From Octopus sinensis (Eukaryota), in contig NC_042999.1 in the NCBI RefSeq assembly GCF_006345805.1, forward strand, positions 18,786,001 to 18,850,000: a stretch of DNA of 64,000 nt. The letters run 5' to 3'. Each line of letters starts with the position of its first letter. Within the stretch, counting starts at the first letter, position 1. Under the pieces are notes generated by a model. That model was not told the origin of the DNA and made no database searches. It saw only the letters and a list, made by a program, of their open reading frames with translations. This document shows, in pieces, positions 13,265 through 27,950 of the stretch. The position numbers and the translations under genes are program-made.

Positions 13265-14075
13265 TTCTTTTCTTTTTTTCCTTTCATGCTTAATGCCTTT
13301 TGAAGCGGACACACATAGCTTCTCATCTCTTCTGTTTCATCGGCCCAACTGTTGGGTGACCGATTGCTACGCCCTCAGACTATAGATACTTGGTTTTCGT
13401 ACGGTTGTCCTCCAGGCCGACTGCCGAAACCCTGAATTCCAGTTCGTCCAGCATAGTCTGTAGCTGATCGATGCTCTCCGGTATCAGCACTATGTGGCCA
13501 GCGAAACTTGGATGAGCAGCTCTCCATTTATTCTTATGCCTCAATTAACGTTTAAGTCTCGTATGACCAAAATACAAAATACGATCTCGCGAAGTGGAAG
13601 ATTAGGATGGAGAACATTCATCTTGGTGAAGGATGTGCTGAAGGCCAACATAATCAGGGCAACTCGTACCAATCTCTTCAGCAGCACTTAGACATGCAAA
13701 AAGAGAGGACAATATCTCCTTACAGCTCAGAGAGCCATGGAAAGATATGTTGGAAATCATGCTAAGAGATCACATCCTGAACGAGGAGATCAGGAATACA
13801 ACTGGTGAAGGATGTCATCGCAGAATAACACCATACAAAACTGAAATGGGCCGGGCATGATCCAAGGCTCACAGATTATCAGTGGACATGTGCAGTTGTT
13901 GAGTGGTACAAAAGCGAGCGGAAGAAAGCACTTAGAAGTCCTCCAATCTGGTAAGAAGATAATTTAAGAAAAAATGTTTGGAACATAGTGGAAGAGAATA
14001 GCGAAAGCATGAGGGGAATAGAGCGAAAGCTGTGGCCAGTGAAGCCGACTTAGGTGATCCAGGTGATCCAGATGA
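13265..14075 (+). mobile_element. Old 5'-truncated RTE-clade LINE with inverted 5' segment
   Basis: Minus 13560-13280 gives GIRINGELL..HIVLIPESIDQLQTMLDEL..SAVGL..NRTKTKY. Plus 13561-14050 gives KIQNTISRSGRLGWRTF..KDVLK and downstream RT C-terminus. Both parts match the 59988-61788 protein. Tail (aggtgatcc)x2-3. Confidence 0.85.
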
Positions 14076-15674
14076 CTTAATGCCTTAGAAGTAGATTGCT
14101 TAAGCAACATGTTTAAAAACCTCTGCTAATGTAGAGGATTTCCCAAGTAACATACTTCGAACGTGATAATTGTGTGATATCAACAACAGAATAAGATTTT
14201 ATTGTACTTCAAATTCTCATTTAGTAGTTCGCTTTTTCATAGAGTAGAACATATTATTGACCATACTTATGATAGATTAAATTGCATTAATATGTACCAG
14301 AATATTTGGAAACTACTTTACCATTTCCAATATAAACTAGGTATCATCGAGTTACTCGTGGGCTTCTTGGTATTGTGCTGACTTTCCTTGTTGCTTTGAA
14401 GACGAAGCAGGATATTTGGAAATTATGCTTGCTCCTTCACAAATACTTTTCGACTGTCACTCATTTAATTCTTTAGAAATACTTTTACGTCCTACGGCTT
14501 ATTAAACAATGAGTTTGTAAAAGTTTTATTATTTTTATTTTTTCATATCATGAATTTCTCGGTATTACAAGATTTAAATATAGAGTGACTCTCTTCTTCA
14601 GATTAATAAGTAAAAATGGGCAATCATTATCAAACTGCACACAAATAGTACATAGTACACACATATGTGACAACAGCCTTCTGTACAAACATACAACTGT
14701 CAATATTGAGATTAATCAGCCTGAAGCTCTTCTGTCGACACCGAGTTTAGTAGGTAGTATTCATTTGCATTCCTCAGACTTAAATGGCGATTTTGTGATA
14801 AAAGAGTTGCTATTGAAGAAAATGAATGCATTATAATAGCATTGACCACTGTCAATAATTTCCTAAACATCTGGTTTAATGCTTACCTTAAACATGAACA
14901 CGCCAAAATAGATAATATGAAGAGAGATTATGTATCAATCTTTTGATAATTCCTGAAGAATTTACAGTCGAATTCATTTAGCTAGCTTCTTAAACAATCA
15001 AACTATATTACATTGAAAGCGTTTGAGGTCTTGATTTCTAAATTTAGCATTTTATTACAAATATCTTTCTTTGTTCCTTAAACAGCTTGCTCAAAAGATC
15101 AATGATAGTTCAACTCAATTCCGATTTATGAATCCTTTAGAAACAGTAAAAATAAATAAATTCCCGGAGAGAAATTGGAAACCAACAGGCATTACAAATG
15201 TTTTTCTGCAGACAGCAACGTTATGGCGTCAATCGAAGAATTTTGGTGCGGTATAGTTGGGGGTATGGTGTGTTATACTAGTTTTGTTGTGTTGCACTGT
15301 AGTAGGAGCCATTACAGTCTTTAGTAGATTACTTTGAATGATATTCACAGAAAGTTTGGTCTTATTACACGGCTGGATGACTTTATTGTTGGTCGCAATG
15401 AATTTCAATTGCCGAACTGTGTAGTAACTTTTATTTGTCTACCAATATGAATGAAGATATCGACAGATAAAAAGATCAACGGAACATACAAGTGCCAAGT
15501 AGATAAATGTAAGCTAAGGTGATTCAGTCAGGCAAACAGTCATTCAGCCAGTGAGAGTGTATTTTCGATGAGGAATCTTACTATATTGATAATATTCAAT
15601 CGAAGACACGGAATATAATTTCACGTCTACGGCGGAATGATAACGAACTGATCTAAAACTTGTAATTTATTTCA

Positions 15675-15975
<301 letters not shown>

Positions 15976-16009
15976 ATATTAATCCGCTAAGGACATGTGT
16001 TTTGATTCA

Positions 16010-16202
16010 AGAAAATCATCATCATGGCAGCCGTTATGATTATCATCATTATCCTCATCATCTTCATCACCATTATTATCATTATTATCAACACCGTCAT
16101 TACGCCTACCCCCAGAATCTCCCTCAACACCATACCACCATCTTCACCATCATTATCATCATCATCATCATCATCATCATCATCTTCATTACCATCATCA
16201 TT

Positions 16203-16234
<32 letters not shown>

Positions 16235-16270
16235 CATCATCATCATCATCATCATCTTCATCATCATCAT
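16010..16270. repeat. Degenerate (CAT)n microsatellite
   Basis: Direct read. Confidence 0.93.
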
Positions 16271-17536
16271 ATGTCACGTTATGTCTGATTGATATTTATT
16301 GTCAGTAGAGTTAACCAGGCCTAACTTAATCTTCTAGTACTTATTCTTGTTATTTTAGATGAATTAATTTCGTCTGAATAAAAGCAACACTTTTATATAT
16401 AAATGCTCCACGTTTCTATTATTTTCTATTGAAAATAGCCGTGTCAAACTCTTCACCCCATTTACTTGAATATCTAACTAGCAACCATCCAAGTATTTCC
16501 ATGTCTATATTAGAAACTGCTTCTAGTTTTCTTGTTATTCCCATTTCTAATTTCACAGTAGTTGATAGCGTTAACTCATATGTCTAGTAATTTTCTGCTG
16601 TCTAGCTTGAGCGAGATGATTTTCAGGGCTTCCTTTACATTCGATTTTACTCTTCTCTTATATTTTAGATTCAATTTTACTTGTTTTTTCTTGTTCTATA
16701 TTTGTTTTCTTCCTACCACTATCTTGTCCAATATTAATACGACTGTGATGTTATCAGGCTGAGCAGAGTTATATCACACCATCAAGGAAGCTTTATTTGC
16801 GGAAAGACTGTCAGTTATTACGCTTAAAATCAACACTAGATGATATACAAAATCCGAATTCATGTTATGTTATATACATGTTTTTTCTCCTATTTTTATG
16901 AGAATTTTAATGCATCGCAGACTAAATTATTACCACATTTTTCTACATTTTACCAGCTTGGGTATTTAAATGTAAAATATTTCAACCACATTTTGATAAA
17001 TGTCCAATTATTTTTAACATTTTATTTATTTTTCAGTACAAATATCAATCACTGTATCAGCTAGCGACATTTTTGAGCATATATTCGTATACTTTCGAAC
17101 TCTAAATTTTAACGGTTCTTAAGCAAAGTTTTTACTCTCATTCTTCGTTCTGTACATTGGCATTGCCATTTCTATTAACACATGTCTGAGTTATACCCAT
17201 TTCCGCTGCGTCACTAACGATTTCATCATTTTATCATAAAGTTCATTGAAATGTGACAAAAAGTAACCAATTTTCAAAACTACCAGTGGTGTGTCTTCAA
17301 ATAAATGTGCTTTTACTCTAACCGACAGAACGTAAGAAGATCGATGCAGAGTTTCTTCTGATGCATTCCGCAGCATATATCCACTTAGGTATTAACCTAG
17401 CTTCGCAAAATAATGAAACTGAAACCAAACAAAATATTGGAGTATGTGAGAGCAATATCTAAAGCAAATGATTAACCAACTACCAGTCTTGTTTCTGGTA
17501 CTTACGCAAGCAGACATCAACTGAGGTAGCTGGAAG

Positions 17537-17632
17537 TATTTACTCTTTATTTGTTTCAGTCATTCGACTGCGGCCATGCTGGAGCACCGCCTTTAGTCGA
17601 GGAAATCGACCTCAGGACTTATTCTTTGTAAG
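17537..17632. mobile_element. Fragment of an abundant octopus-type SINE/repeat
   Basis: gtttcagtcattcgactgcggccatgctggagcaccgcc; a diverged copy in the opposite orientation lies at 17815-18035. Confidence 0.7.
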
Positions 17633-17805
17633 CTACACACCTTCCTTCCAAGCACTGTTGTAAACAACGGAAGTAGCCTAGGACGCCGGACCTTAGTGCG
17701 CATGCACAGCAGCATCCAAGGTCAATCTGTACTAAGTGGCTTTACACTGCGTGCTTTAGCTTCCTTACTATGGCAACAATCTGGTTACGTATTGATGAGA
17801 ACATG
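17633..17805 (-). mobile_element. Mariner 5' end (TIR plus 5' UTR)
   Basis: Homologous to 32064-32237 and, inverted, to 31377-31550; ends at a TA. Confidence 0.65.
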
Positions 17806-17814
17806 TATGCGTGT

Positions 17815-18035
17815 ATGACTTTGTGTCTGTCGTTGTCCCCTCAACTGCTTGCCAACCGGTATTGGTTTCGTTATATCCCCGTAACGGCATTGATAAGCAA
17901 AAGAAACTGTTAGAATTAGCGCCGGCGTACATGTTAATTACTACTGGGAGAAGCTGTAATGGCTTGATAACCTCTTCGTAACGATGCCCCAGCGTGGCTG
18001 CAAACCAAACCCTGAAACAAATACAAATATAAAAT
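17815..18035. mobile_element. Diverged SINE/repeat, same family as 17537 and 34070
   Basis: gtgtctgtcgttgtcccc..ccagcgtggctgca..ctgaaacaaatacaaa. Confidence 0.6.
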
Positions 18036-18872
18036 AGAGAAGGCAAAGCAGATTCTATTATATTTTCTGCATTGAAGTTGCTTGTAAGAAATATTCAAAA
18101 AAGATTTTGGAAGATTATAAAATATATTTAATATTTACACATTGAAATGTAGTTATGCATTTTTAGATTCAGTAAATCTCACTGTGATGTTCTCCATGGA
18201 ACACGAACAAATTCAATCAATTTCTGCAAATGAATGCTTCAAACATTCTAATATGTGACTTTAGAATCAAGAATGAGAAAGCCTTGGGAGGGATGCAAAG
18301 AGTATCAATAAAGCATATTTGTTAATCCATATTTCCTAAGAATTTCGCGAAAGATATTTAATTGCATTTTCTAATATTGTCATAAGTTCATGTTCATGCC
18401 TTCGTGGATATATGTGCAAATGTACACAGATTCACACCATGCATTTGTATGTGCATCAAGCAATATATTATAATATCTATATGTATGTATTAATATATAT
18501 GCATATATGACCATAGTTATATGTGGATTGATGGATATGTATGTGCGTATATGTATATAGGGACATCAGAAAATTGAACGAAATTTCTTCCTGATGCAAA
18601 GACTCACAATCTCGGTTTCTTGGTTACAGTGGCGCAGGGCATTAATTGCTGCCACAAGTTTTTAAAAATTCCTTTAATGTCGTTACCTGTTCTTTAAGAA
18701 CTAAAGATTTTCAACAGTTGCACCTAAAGTATATCAGCTGTGGTTACGTATATAAGTAGATAACCACAATTACAGCCGTTTTATGCCCACAAAGCAACCA
18801 GGTCTACAACTTCTCTTCAGATACTAATGGCCGGTTATAAATCACGGACCATTAGGGTTTGAAGTGACGTTA

Positions 18873-19177
18873 AAAATATGGGCACCTTATGGACGCTGTT
18901 AAGCTGAGTTACTCTGCAGACCAGCCGTAACTATATTTATCTACTTGTTCTATTGCTCTATAATTTAGATTTTAGTTCTGTTTCGGATTCATGATTTCCT
19001 GACGAACTCTCATTACCTCTCTCTATATCGCTCTATATAAATGCATACATGTGTGTGTGTATTATATATATATATAAAATCTAAATTATAGAGCAATAGA
19101 ACAAGTAGATAAATATGGTTACGGCTGGTCTGCAGAGTAACCCAACTTAACAGCGTCCATAAGGTGCCCAGATTTTC
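18873..19177. repeat. About 100-bp inverted repeat (18873-18973 and 19077-19177)
   Basis: The arms differ at about 4 positions by eye; the right arm is bounded by (TA)n on both sides. Confidence 0.9.
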
Positions 19178-19190
19178 AGTGGTCATCTCT

Positions 19191-19253
<63 letters not shown>

Positions 19254-19447
19254 GACGGACAATTATATGTATGTATGTAAATATATGTGTATGTATGTAG
19301 CTGTATAACTGAATCGAAATTCATACGTCTCTTCGTTTAATACAAGATCTGGCCGTATATCTAGATATATATTTAACACAGTGGATCCAGCCTACATAGT
19401 TCATCTGACCCAATAATAAGCAACAGTTGTTTAATATTTTATTCCGT

Positions 19448-20410
19448 AAGGCGGCGAACTAGCAGAAACTTTAGCACGCCAAGCGAAGCGGTATTTAGTC
19501 TGCCTTTACGTACTGTGTTCACATTCCACCGAGGTCGGCTTTGCCTTTCATCCTTCCGGGGTCGATTAATTAAGTACCAGTTGCGTACTGGGGTCGATCA
19601 AATCTAATTGCCCCCTCCCTACAAATTTCGGGCTTTGTGCCTATAGTAAAAAGGAACATTTTAAGGCGGTAGGCTGGCAGAAATATTATCATGCTGGACG
19701 AAGTGCTTAGCGGTATTTTGTCTGTCTTTTTGTTCTGAGTTAAATTTCCGCCGAAGTCGACTTTGCCTTTCATCCTTTCGGGGTCGCTTAAATAAGTACG
19801 CATTGGGGTCGATATAATCGACTTAATCCGTTTGTCTGTCCTTGTTTGTTCTATCTGTGCTAAGCCCCTTGTGTGTAGTAAAGAAATAGGTATTTCGTTT
19901 GTTTCTATGTTCTGAGTTCAAATTCCGCCGAGGTCGACTTTGCTTTTCATCCTTTCGGGGTCGATTAAATAAGTACCAGTTACACACTAGGGTCGATATA
20001 AATCAGTTTGTCTATTTAATCAGTTTGTCTATCCTTATTTGTCCTCTCTGAGTTTGAACCCTTGTGGGTAGTAATGAAATAGATATTTCTTCTGTCTTTA
20101 CGTTCTGAGTTTAAATTCCACCGAGGTCGACTTAGCCTTTCATCCTTTCGGGTTCAAATAAATACCAGTCGCGTACTGGGGTCGATCCAATGGACTTTCT
20201 CCCTCCCACCAAAGTTCGGGCCTTGCGCCTATAGTAAAAAAGAATATTTTAAGGCCGCGAGCTGGCAGAAACTGTAGTACGCCGAGCGAAATACTTAGCG
20301 GCATTTCGTCTGTCTTTTCCTTCTGAGTTTAATTTCTGTCGAGGTCGACTTTACCTTTCGTTCTTTCGGGGTCGATAAATTAATTATCGGTTGCGTACTT
20401 GGGTGATGTG
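19448..20410 (+). mobile_element. Head-to-tail array of five octopus-type SINE body modules
   Basis: Modules start at about 19448, 19663, 19889, 20081 and 20251, each with the ccgaggtcgactttgcctttcatcc body; two alternative tails. Confidence 0.92.
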
Positions 20411-21244
20411 ATAAACTGCATGTATGTATATATATATGAAGCGCTTGGCAACAAATTCTTTTTTTTTAATCATTCACATATACCACTGGAATCACCAGGA
20501 ACAACTACATAGCTCACGTAATTTTGTTTTTCCCTCGATTTGCCGGCCTGAATTGCATAGCTTTGTGCTATATTCGTCTAATTGAATTATGCAGCACTAT
20601 AACACCGAGTTTTGTGAATGCGTATCGCAAGCTTTATTGTTCATGCTCCATTTACTGTTTCATGTCTCCATCATATCAATCCATATTCCGCATACAATTT
20701 GTCTTTAAATCTGGATTATTTTTGTTTGGGTGGTTACCAAAAAATGCTGAAATAATGAAAATAACGTCATTATAATACGCAGGAAAATATCCTAAAATGG
20801 ATTGCAACGAGAACGCTCTTGAGTAACACGCGTGATCCATATTATTTGCTTATATGTAATTTTAATAACAATTTTATTTCTGTTATCTGATTACATAGAG
20901 CCAGAAATTCTTTCAAGCTATTTCTCAATATGCCTGTGTTAAAATTTTATTGTACGTTCCGTAGCATGATATAGAATATTTCTTTAATATATCATTTTGC
21001 AGTTTTTCCCCTTTGATACCTACATAAATTTATAATCATTCTTGGAATTGCTGAGATTTATAGTCTCATATTATGTAACCATTTCGAGCTGATGTGAGAT
21101 ACACACGACATTTGAGCTGATATTTGATTGACTTGAACGTTGGGTAAGAGTTATATAATGACAATTTTATACTTTATGCAAGGAACGTTTCCTTTAGCAT
21201 GATCCACGTGATTTTCTGGTGATTATTATTCATGACTCACTTAA

Positions 21245-21322
21245 GATATATATATATATATATATATAAATATATAAATATATATACATATATATACATA
21301 TATATATATGTGTGTGTAGCTG

Positions 21323-21372
<50 letters not shown>

Positions 21373-21493
21373 TATAAATATACGTATGTGCAGATATATA
21401 CACACACACACATATATATATACATTTATGCATATATATATATATATATATATACAGATATAAATATACATACGTGTAGATACACACACACAG

Positions 21494-21534
<41 letters not shown>

Positions 21535-21566
21535 TATGTATACATATATATATATATAAATATATA

Positions 21567-21612
<46 letters not shown>

Positions 21613-21680
21613 GTATATATGTATATATGCACACGCACACACACGCATGTACATAGACACACATACTCACACACATATAA
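21245..21680. repeat. (TA)n/(CA)n compound microsatellite
   Basis: Direct read. Confidence 0.95.
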
Positions 21681-22439
21681 ATGTATACTGACACAAGAAG
21701 ATTTCGATATCAACAAAGGCATCTTCATCAGGCAAACGTTCATTTTGATTTACCTTCTCTCTACAACATCACCACCACTGCCACTACGATGGACATTCTC
21801 AGCAAAGTCGCCATCGTTATCGTCATTGATCTCTTCATCTACATCATAATCATCATCATCATCATTATCTTCATCAACTGCACCAAATAGAAGAAGTATA
21901 TCAATTGGACATTTGATGGCCTAATGAGGAAATTTGATCATTTCAAACTGTTCAATTGCTCTGTATACTATAACATCCTTACTTCAAATTAAACGCACGA
22001 CATACATGCAGAGTCTTCAATTTGGTGGATTCCTCTTCGTATTCGCATTCATTTACATGCAATTGTTTTACTATAGCTGTTTCGATATCGTTGTTTTCCG
22101 TTTTTCTAATTCCTTTATTTTATGTGCTTTATTTAGTGTGATGTTGTTACTCTTAACTAGTTTTCCTCTTTTCAGGGTTGCCTTGCTACATTTTTCTCAA
22201 CCAAATTTGATGCTTATTTCTTTAGTAATTCCAGGTAGCTGTCTGTAGAAATGTTTTCAGCCGTTTATCATTTTGTAACATACAATTTTCGAACCTTCAT
22301 ATACGAGAGATAGTTGATTGTTTTGCCGTAACAACTCTATCTACATCAAGTTATTATCCCCATCATCATAATCCTCATCATCATTATCATTATTTTCTCT
22401 TTATCAACGGGTTTCTTGGTGCTCCTGGTGCAGTTAACT

Positions 22440-24052
22440 TTTGTTTCTTATATTTTAAATCCTGTATTCGGTGTTTCGCACCGCTCCGCCTCCATCGCCG
22501 AGAGCCACGGCAAACCATTGACGTAGGATGTGGAATCCATCCTGCAATGCGCCTCACCACGGTCCCCCAACAGTTGAGTGAAATGACGTTAGAAAGGCTG
22601 CACTCATCTGTCTCGGATCAGTTATTATTTGGTCTTCGTGGTCCCGCAAGGATTGGATGGTGGATTTATTGCCACGCTATGCCTCTGCCAATCGGGCCAT
22701 TGAACGGCTTTCGTCTCTTCGTACCTAAGTGCACGTGCCTTACCTCTGGCAACGCAAACTCTGTCTTTCGCGTTTAAGAACTGGTTGAGCACCAATCTGG
22801 CTGCAAGCACGTTGGTCGCGAGGTTTAACTCGCTCGCTCTCTCTACTCTGTTTATTTCTATTGCTATTCTAATCGCCCTTTTCGCGGTGATCTACCGTTT
22901 GTTGTTGATTTTTGCACTCGCCAAAACACTCTTAAGTGGTTCATTAATCCATTCACTGAAATCTTTACGCCTGGCAACGACGTATTCAGCTTCCAGTAAT
23001 CGGGTCCCTGTCTATGAAGCCTAAGTCGACTGTACAGATCACGAATTTGTGGTGTGTGTAGTCGGCTACTTTAAACTGTGGACAGCTTATCTGCTAATCT
23101 ACAGAATGTCCTATATAGATGTGATGTGGATGATCTGATGTGGTTTTACCAGGTCCACATTGGCATATCCGGGAAATCCAGTGGATACCTGTCACACAGC
23201 TGGAATCGTCTGAGCAGTTTTGTGAGGATTTTTCACTCTCCTCTCCTATCTACTAAACCTACACAGTCCCACTTTACATCTAAAACTCCATTCCAATCCT
23301 CCACAAACACTAATGAGCGAGACCTTCCCAAGAAAGTTTCCAGACCTCTGAAGAAATTTGATCGTCCTGCTCTTTTCGGGGCACAGACGGCAACTAACTT
23401 GAAAGTAAGTCCTTCGTTGTCTGTCATGTCCAGGACCACAGACTTAGCTTCCGGATCTAAGAAAATCGTCTGTATTTTAAAATCCAGATTTTTCCGAACC
23501 ATTACAGCGAATCCACCTCCCGCTCGCGGACAACTTGAAGGTGCGTACCCCTTATGGTCACCGAAAATAGGTCAGAAACCTTGGGATTCAGAAAATCTGG
23601 TTTCCCTAATGGCCACCACGTTGACATTCAGTTCCGTGAGGTCGTTGAGCAGCTCACACCACTTCCAAGGCGATGCCAGGCCACGCACATTCACACTGCC
23701 TATTCTGCATATTCTATACACGACCATGTTGCCGAAAGAGAAGTAAAAAGAAAATAAAAATGTGGTTTTGTTTGTTGAGGCGAATTGCTCGTCCCTTCTG
23801 TTGGATTCAATAATAATTCAATACTAATAATAATGCACACACTCAAGTCACACTATATAGTAAATATCCAATAAAATAAACTACCACCAGCCGGCTTTGA
23901 TCGAGTAACCGTCGACGGAGAGGCGTTCCAGTCAGAGGAAATGTCGTCCTGCTCGCCGTCCCAGTAGAGTACCATCATTTGAAACCTAAACTGGTTTAAA
24001 GCGCTTTGTGACAGGCAATGTTTAACAACGCCAGATAGACTGGCCGTCCTCT
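22440..24052 (-). mobile_element. Tx1/L1-clade LINE fragment: ORF1 end plus ORF2 APE endonuclease and linker (pseudogenised)
   Basis: From ATG 23727: MVVYRICRIGSVNVRGLASPWK..LNVNVVAIRETR, then IFLDPEAKSVVLD..FKLVAVCAP..FFRGLETFLG..LVFVEDWN.VLD, then the linker VARGKARALRYEETK. Stops and frameshifts throughout. Confidence 0.85.
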
Positions 24053-24057
24053 TGATA

Positions 24058-24170
24058 TTATAATGATAATTATTATTATAATCATAATTATTATTATTAT
24101 CATTATTATCATCATCATCATCATCATTATTATTATTATTATTATTATTATTAATATTATCATCATCATG
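24058..24170. repeat. (ATT)n/(ATC)n microsatellite
   Basis: Direct read. Confidence 0.93.
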
Positions 24171-25066
24171 ACAACGTTTTATGTGAGGGTAGAATATCTT
24201 CTTGAAATTTATTGCATCATCGGGTTGTAAATAATATTATAGAATCTATATAAGCTCATATAGAGAGCGTATTGTTTATAGTTCCCACATTTATATACAC
24301 CCACATATAGCGAAACTGAACAGGCAATTCATGGTACCATACGATCATCCACTGCGTATCGTAAACAGCTTCAGAACATTCTGAAAGAGACAAAAGCGAG
24401 CGTATGCTTCGTAGTTAATTTTTAAAAAAGTTGTTTTGAATTAAAATGAATGCAAACGCTGCTGCTAGCAAGAAAATAGGAAGTTCCATGCAGAGATAAT
24501 AAATGTTTCCAGTTATTATTTCTTCACTGTATATTTTTAGTGATAGAAAATGCAGTTTAAGAACAAATATATTCTTGCTGAACTACAGAGCCATTCATAT
24601 ACAAAAGTTAATATAAATCTTCTTTTAAAACTCTAACTATATGTTTCAACACAAGCAATTTAACATTAATACCAGTAGTGAATGCTTTTATTTTGCTGAT
24701 AGTTTTTCCTTTTAATTTGAAAAAAGATGAATAAGTTTAATAGATGCAGTGGGATAAAAACAGAACTGGAGATTTTTAAAACCCTATGATAATGTTTAAT
24801 AAATGGTTTCAAAACTTAAGTGCGAGGGAAATATTTCGAAAATATTATTTATGAGAATATTCTCTTGAATTTGTATAGAATTTGTATAGAACAGTAGCAA
24901 GGAATTGAAATACATCTGGAAAAGACCACGAATACAGCATTAACCGGAGCATTATTTTGTCGGTTGATCGTTTAAGTGCTTGAAACCAAACTTACATATT
25001 CGTTGTTTCTGTGTTCTTGAAAATTCAAACTTCCTTCTGTAAAACAGTAGCCATCTTACAAAATAT

Positions 25067-25464
25067 TTTCTTTTCTACTCAAAGCAAAAGGCCCGAAATT
25101 TTGGGGGTGTGTCTAGTTGATTAGATCGACCCAGTGCGCAACTGGTACTTAATTTATCGACATTGAAAAGATGAAAGGCAAGCCGACCTCGGCGGAATTT
25201 GAACTAAGAACGTAAAAGCAGACGAACTAGCTAGTTCTTTACTACCCACATGGGGCTAAACACAGAGAAAACAAACAAGGACAGACAAACGGATTAAGTC
25301 GATTATATCGACTCCAGTGTGTAGCTGGTACTTATTTAATCGAGACCGAAAGGATGAGAGACAAAGTCAACCTCGGCGGAATTTGAACTCAGAACGTAGC
25401 GGTAGAAGAAATCCCTCTAGGCATTTCGTCCGGCGTGCTAACATTTCTGCCAGATCGCCGCCTT
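25067..25464 (-). mobile_element. Dimeric octopus-type SINE (head-body-tail B-body-tail A)
   Basis: Two gtcgacctcggcggaatttgaact-type bodies on the minus strand; one head at 25464. Confidence 0.9.
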
Positions 25465-25950
25465 TCTTACAACATATTTTAGACCCTCCATTTTAATTCT
25501 TTTAACCGTTGTGTACGCTTAAGAGGGCACAATTTCATTTGACTCTATCCCCGGAAGCCGTAAAAGCCGGCGGGTATACGATTTTGAGTTTACGGCTGAA
25601 AATTTAGGATATTGTTGAGATTTAGCAAACCATCAAGGCCATAAGATGTAGCCACCCATCTTTGCATTTTCCAGACGTATAATACAATACAATAATGTTC
25701 GCTGAAGCGTGCTCGACAAGCCAAATGGTTAAATCTGAGGTCTACTATATTAACTACCAGGAAAACTGCCTGCTTGAATCGAAAACAATTTAGGCTCACT
25801 GAGGAGAAAAATCTTTGCATAAGTTATATGGAGATGTTAAATAACAAATTCATATCGAGATTTTCTTGAGCATAAGATCATTTCCCGTTTGGTTTAACAT
25901 ACAATCAGAAACACTGCCGGGAAAAGAATTTTAGACACAAGGAAACATAT

Positions 25951-25956
25951 AGATAA

Positions 25957-26025
<69 letters not shown>

Positions 26026-26030
26026 GAGAT
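25951..26030. repeat. (GATA)n microsatellite
   Basis: Direct read. Confidence 0.97.
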
Positions 26031-26648
26031 AAGTTTCTTTATTGGCCACACAGGGCTGCACACAGATGGGACAAGTTACAAGGTAGAGCTTTTCTTTTGG
26101 GGGATGAAGAGAACAAAAAACAAAAGAAAAAAAAGGGGTGGCGTAGGTTTTCGATCAAGAGGGATCGTAAAAGGGAAGAAAAGAACAAAAAAAATTTGAA
26201 TAAAATAAAAGGAACAAGAAGAAAAAAAAGAAAAGGAAAAGGAACAAAAGGAAAGAGAAATGAAAGAAGAAGAAAAAAGGGGAAAAAGGGGGAAGAGGAA
26301 AAAAAACCATCAATAGGGATCGTGTATCACAGTGTTATGATATATGGTGTAAAGGGGAAAGCAAGTAAGGTTTATCCGTGGGAAGAAAAGCCTACGAAAA
26401 AGACCACGGTAACCTTGGTCAATATTGTTATATGTTACCACATTTGTTTGCAAGTGGGTAACCCTCTGTTTTCAATTTCTGGGTTCATAGGATTATGCTC
26501 AAGGTGGCTTCGTCATTCATACGTGCCATCCTTGCTACATTCACCCATCTTTTTTTAAAACATTCGCTAGACAAAACTTGCCTCTCTACTCTCACTTTCC
26601 TTTTCAAGTGGTACTTGAAGAAGTTGATGAGAGATGGACCAGAGAGGT
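26031..26648 (-). mobile_element. 3' end of a Tx1/L1-like LINE (ORF2 C-terminus plus 3' UTR) embedded in (GATA)n
   Basis: The minus strand gives LSGPSLINFFKYHLKRKVRVERQVLSSECFKKRWVNVARMARMNDEATLSIIL*, an L1/Tx1-type ORF2 end. A T-rich UTR follows, then AATAAA about 10 nt before the (CTAT)n array. Confidence 0.7.
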
Positions 26649-26654
26649 CAATCT

Positions 26655-27120
<466 letters not shown>

Positions 27121-27359
27121 ATAATCATACATATATATTAGGCAATCAGACTTAGTCAGTAGCACATAAATTCATTTAAAAATGATATATTGTCCCAAAC
27201 GTTCTGATTAGCAATTTCAAATGGATGAAACTAATTAGAGCTATACAGTGTCTATCTAAAATGAAAACGCATATATTATATACGATATCTCTAGACACAA
27301 ATACACACATCACGCGCAAACATACACATGCACAACACATACCCACACACACAAATATT

Positions 27360-27950
<591 letters not shown>

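Noticed and set aside
14887-14953. ag..gtaagc-bounded 66-nt minus-strand segment
   Set aside because: It has stops in all three frames.
16440-16760. A-rich minus-strand frame resembling an eroded LINE (KYKRRVK..KLDSRKLL..NAIN)
   Set aside because: The similarity is too weak to assign by eye.
19448-20410. CRISPR-like regularly spaced repeats
   Set aside because: The units are about 170-225-bp SINE modules with no unique spacers, in a eukaryotic context with no cas genes.
23078-23746. 222-aa plus-strand ORF
   Set aside because: It is the antisense shadow of the minus-strand Tx1/L1 endonuclease.
24250-24400. Minus-strand acceptor cgcttttgtctctttcag followed by CSEAVYDTQWMIVWYHELPVQF
   Set aside because: It is short, has no recognisable homology, the donor is ambiguous and no neighbouring exons are identifiable.
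26097-26558. Lys/Arg-rich 153-aa plus-strand ORF
   Set aside because: It is antisense to the T-rich 3' UTR of the Tx1-like fragment.
22440-26648. Joining the two Tx1/L1 pieces into one element
   Set aside because: On the minus strand the 3' end (26648-26031) precedes the ORF1/EN part (24052-22440), so they are not colinear.
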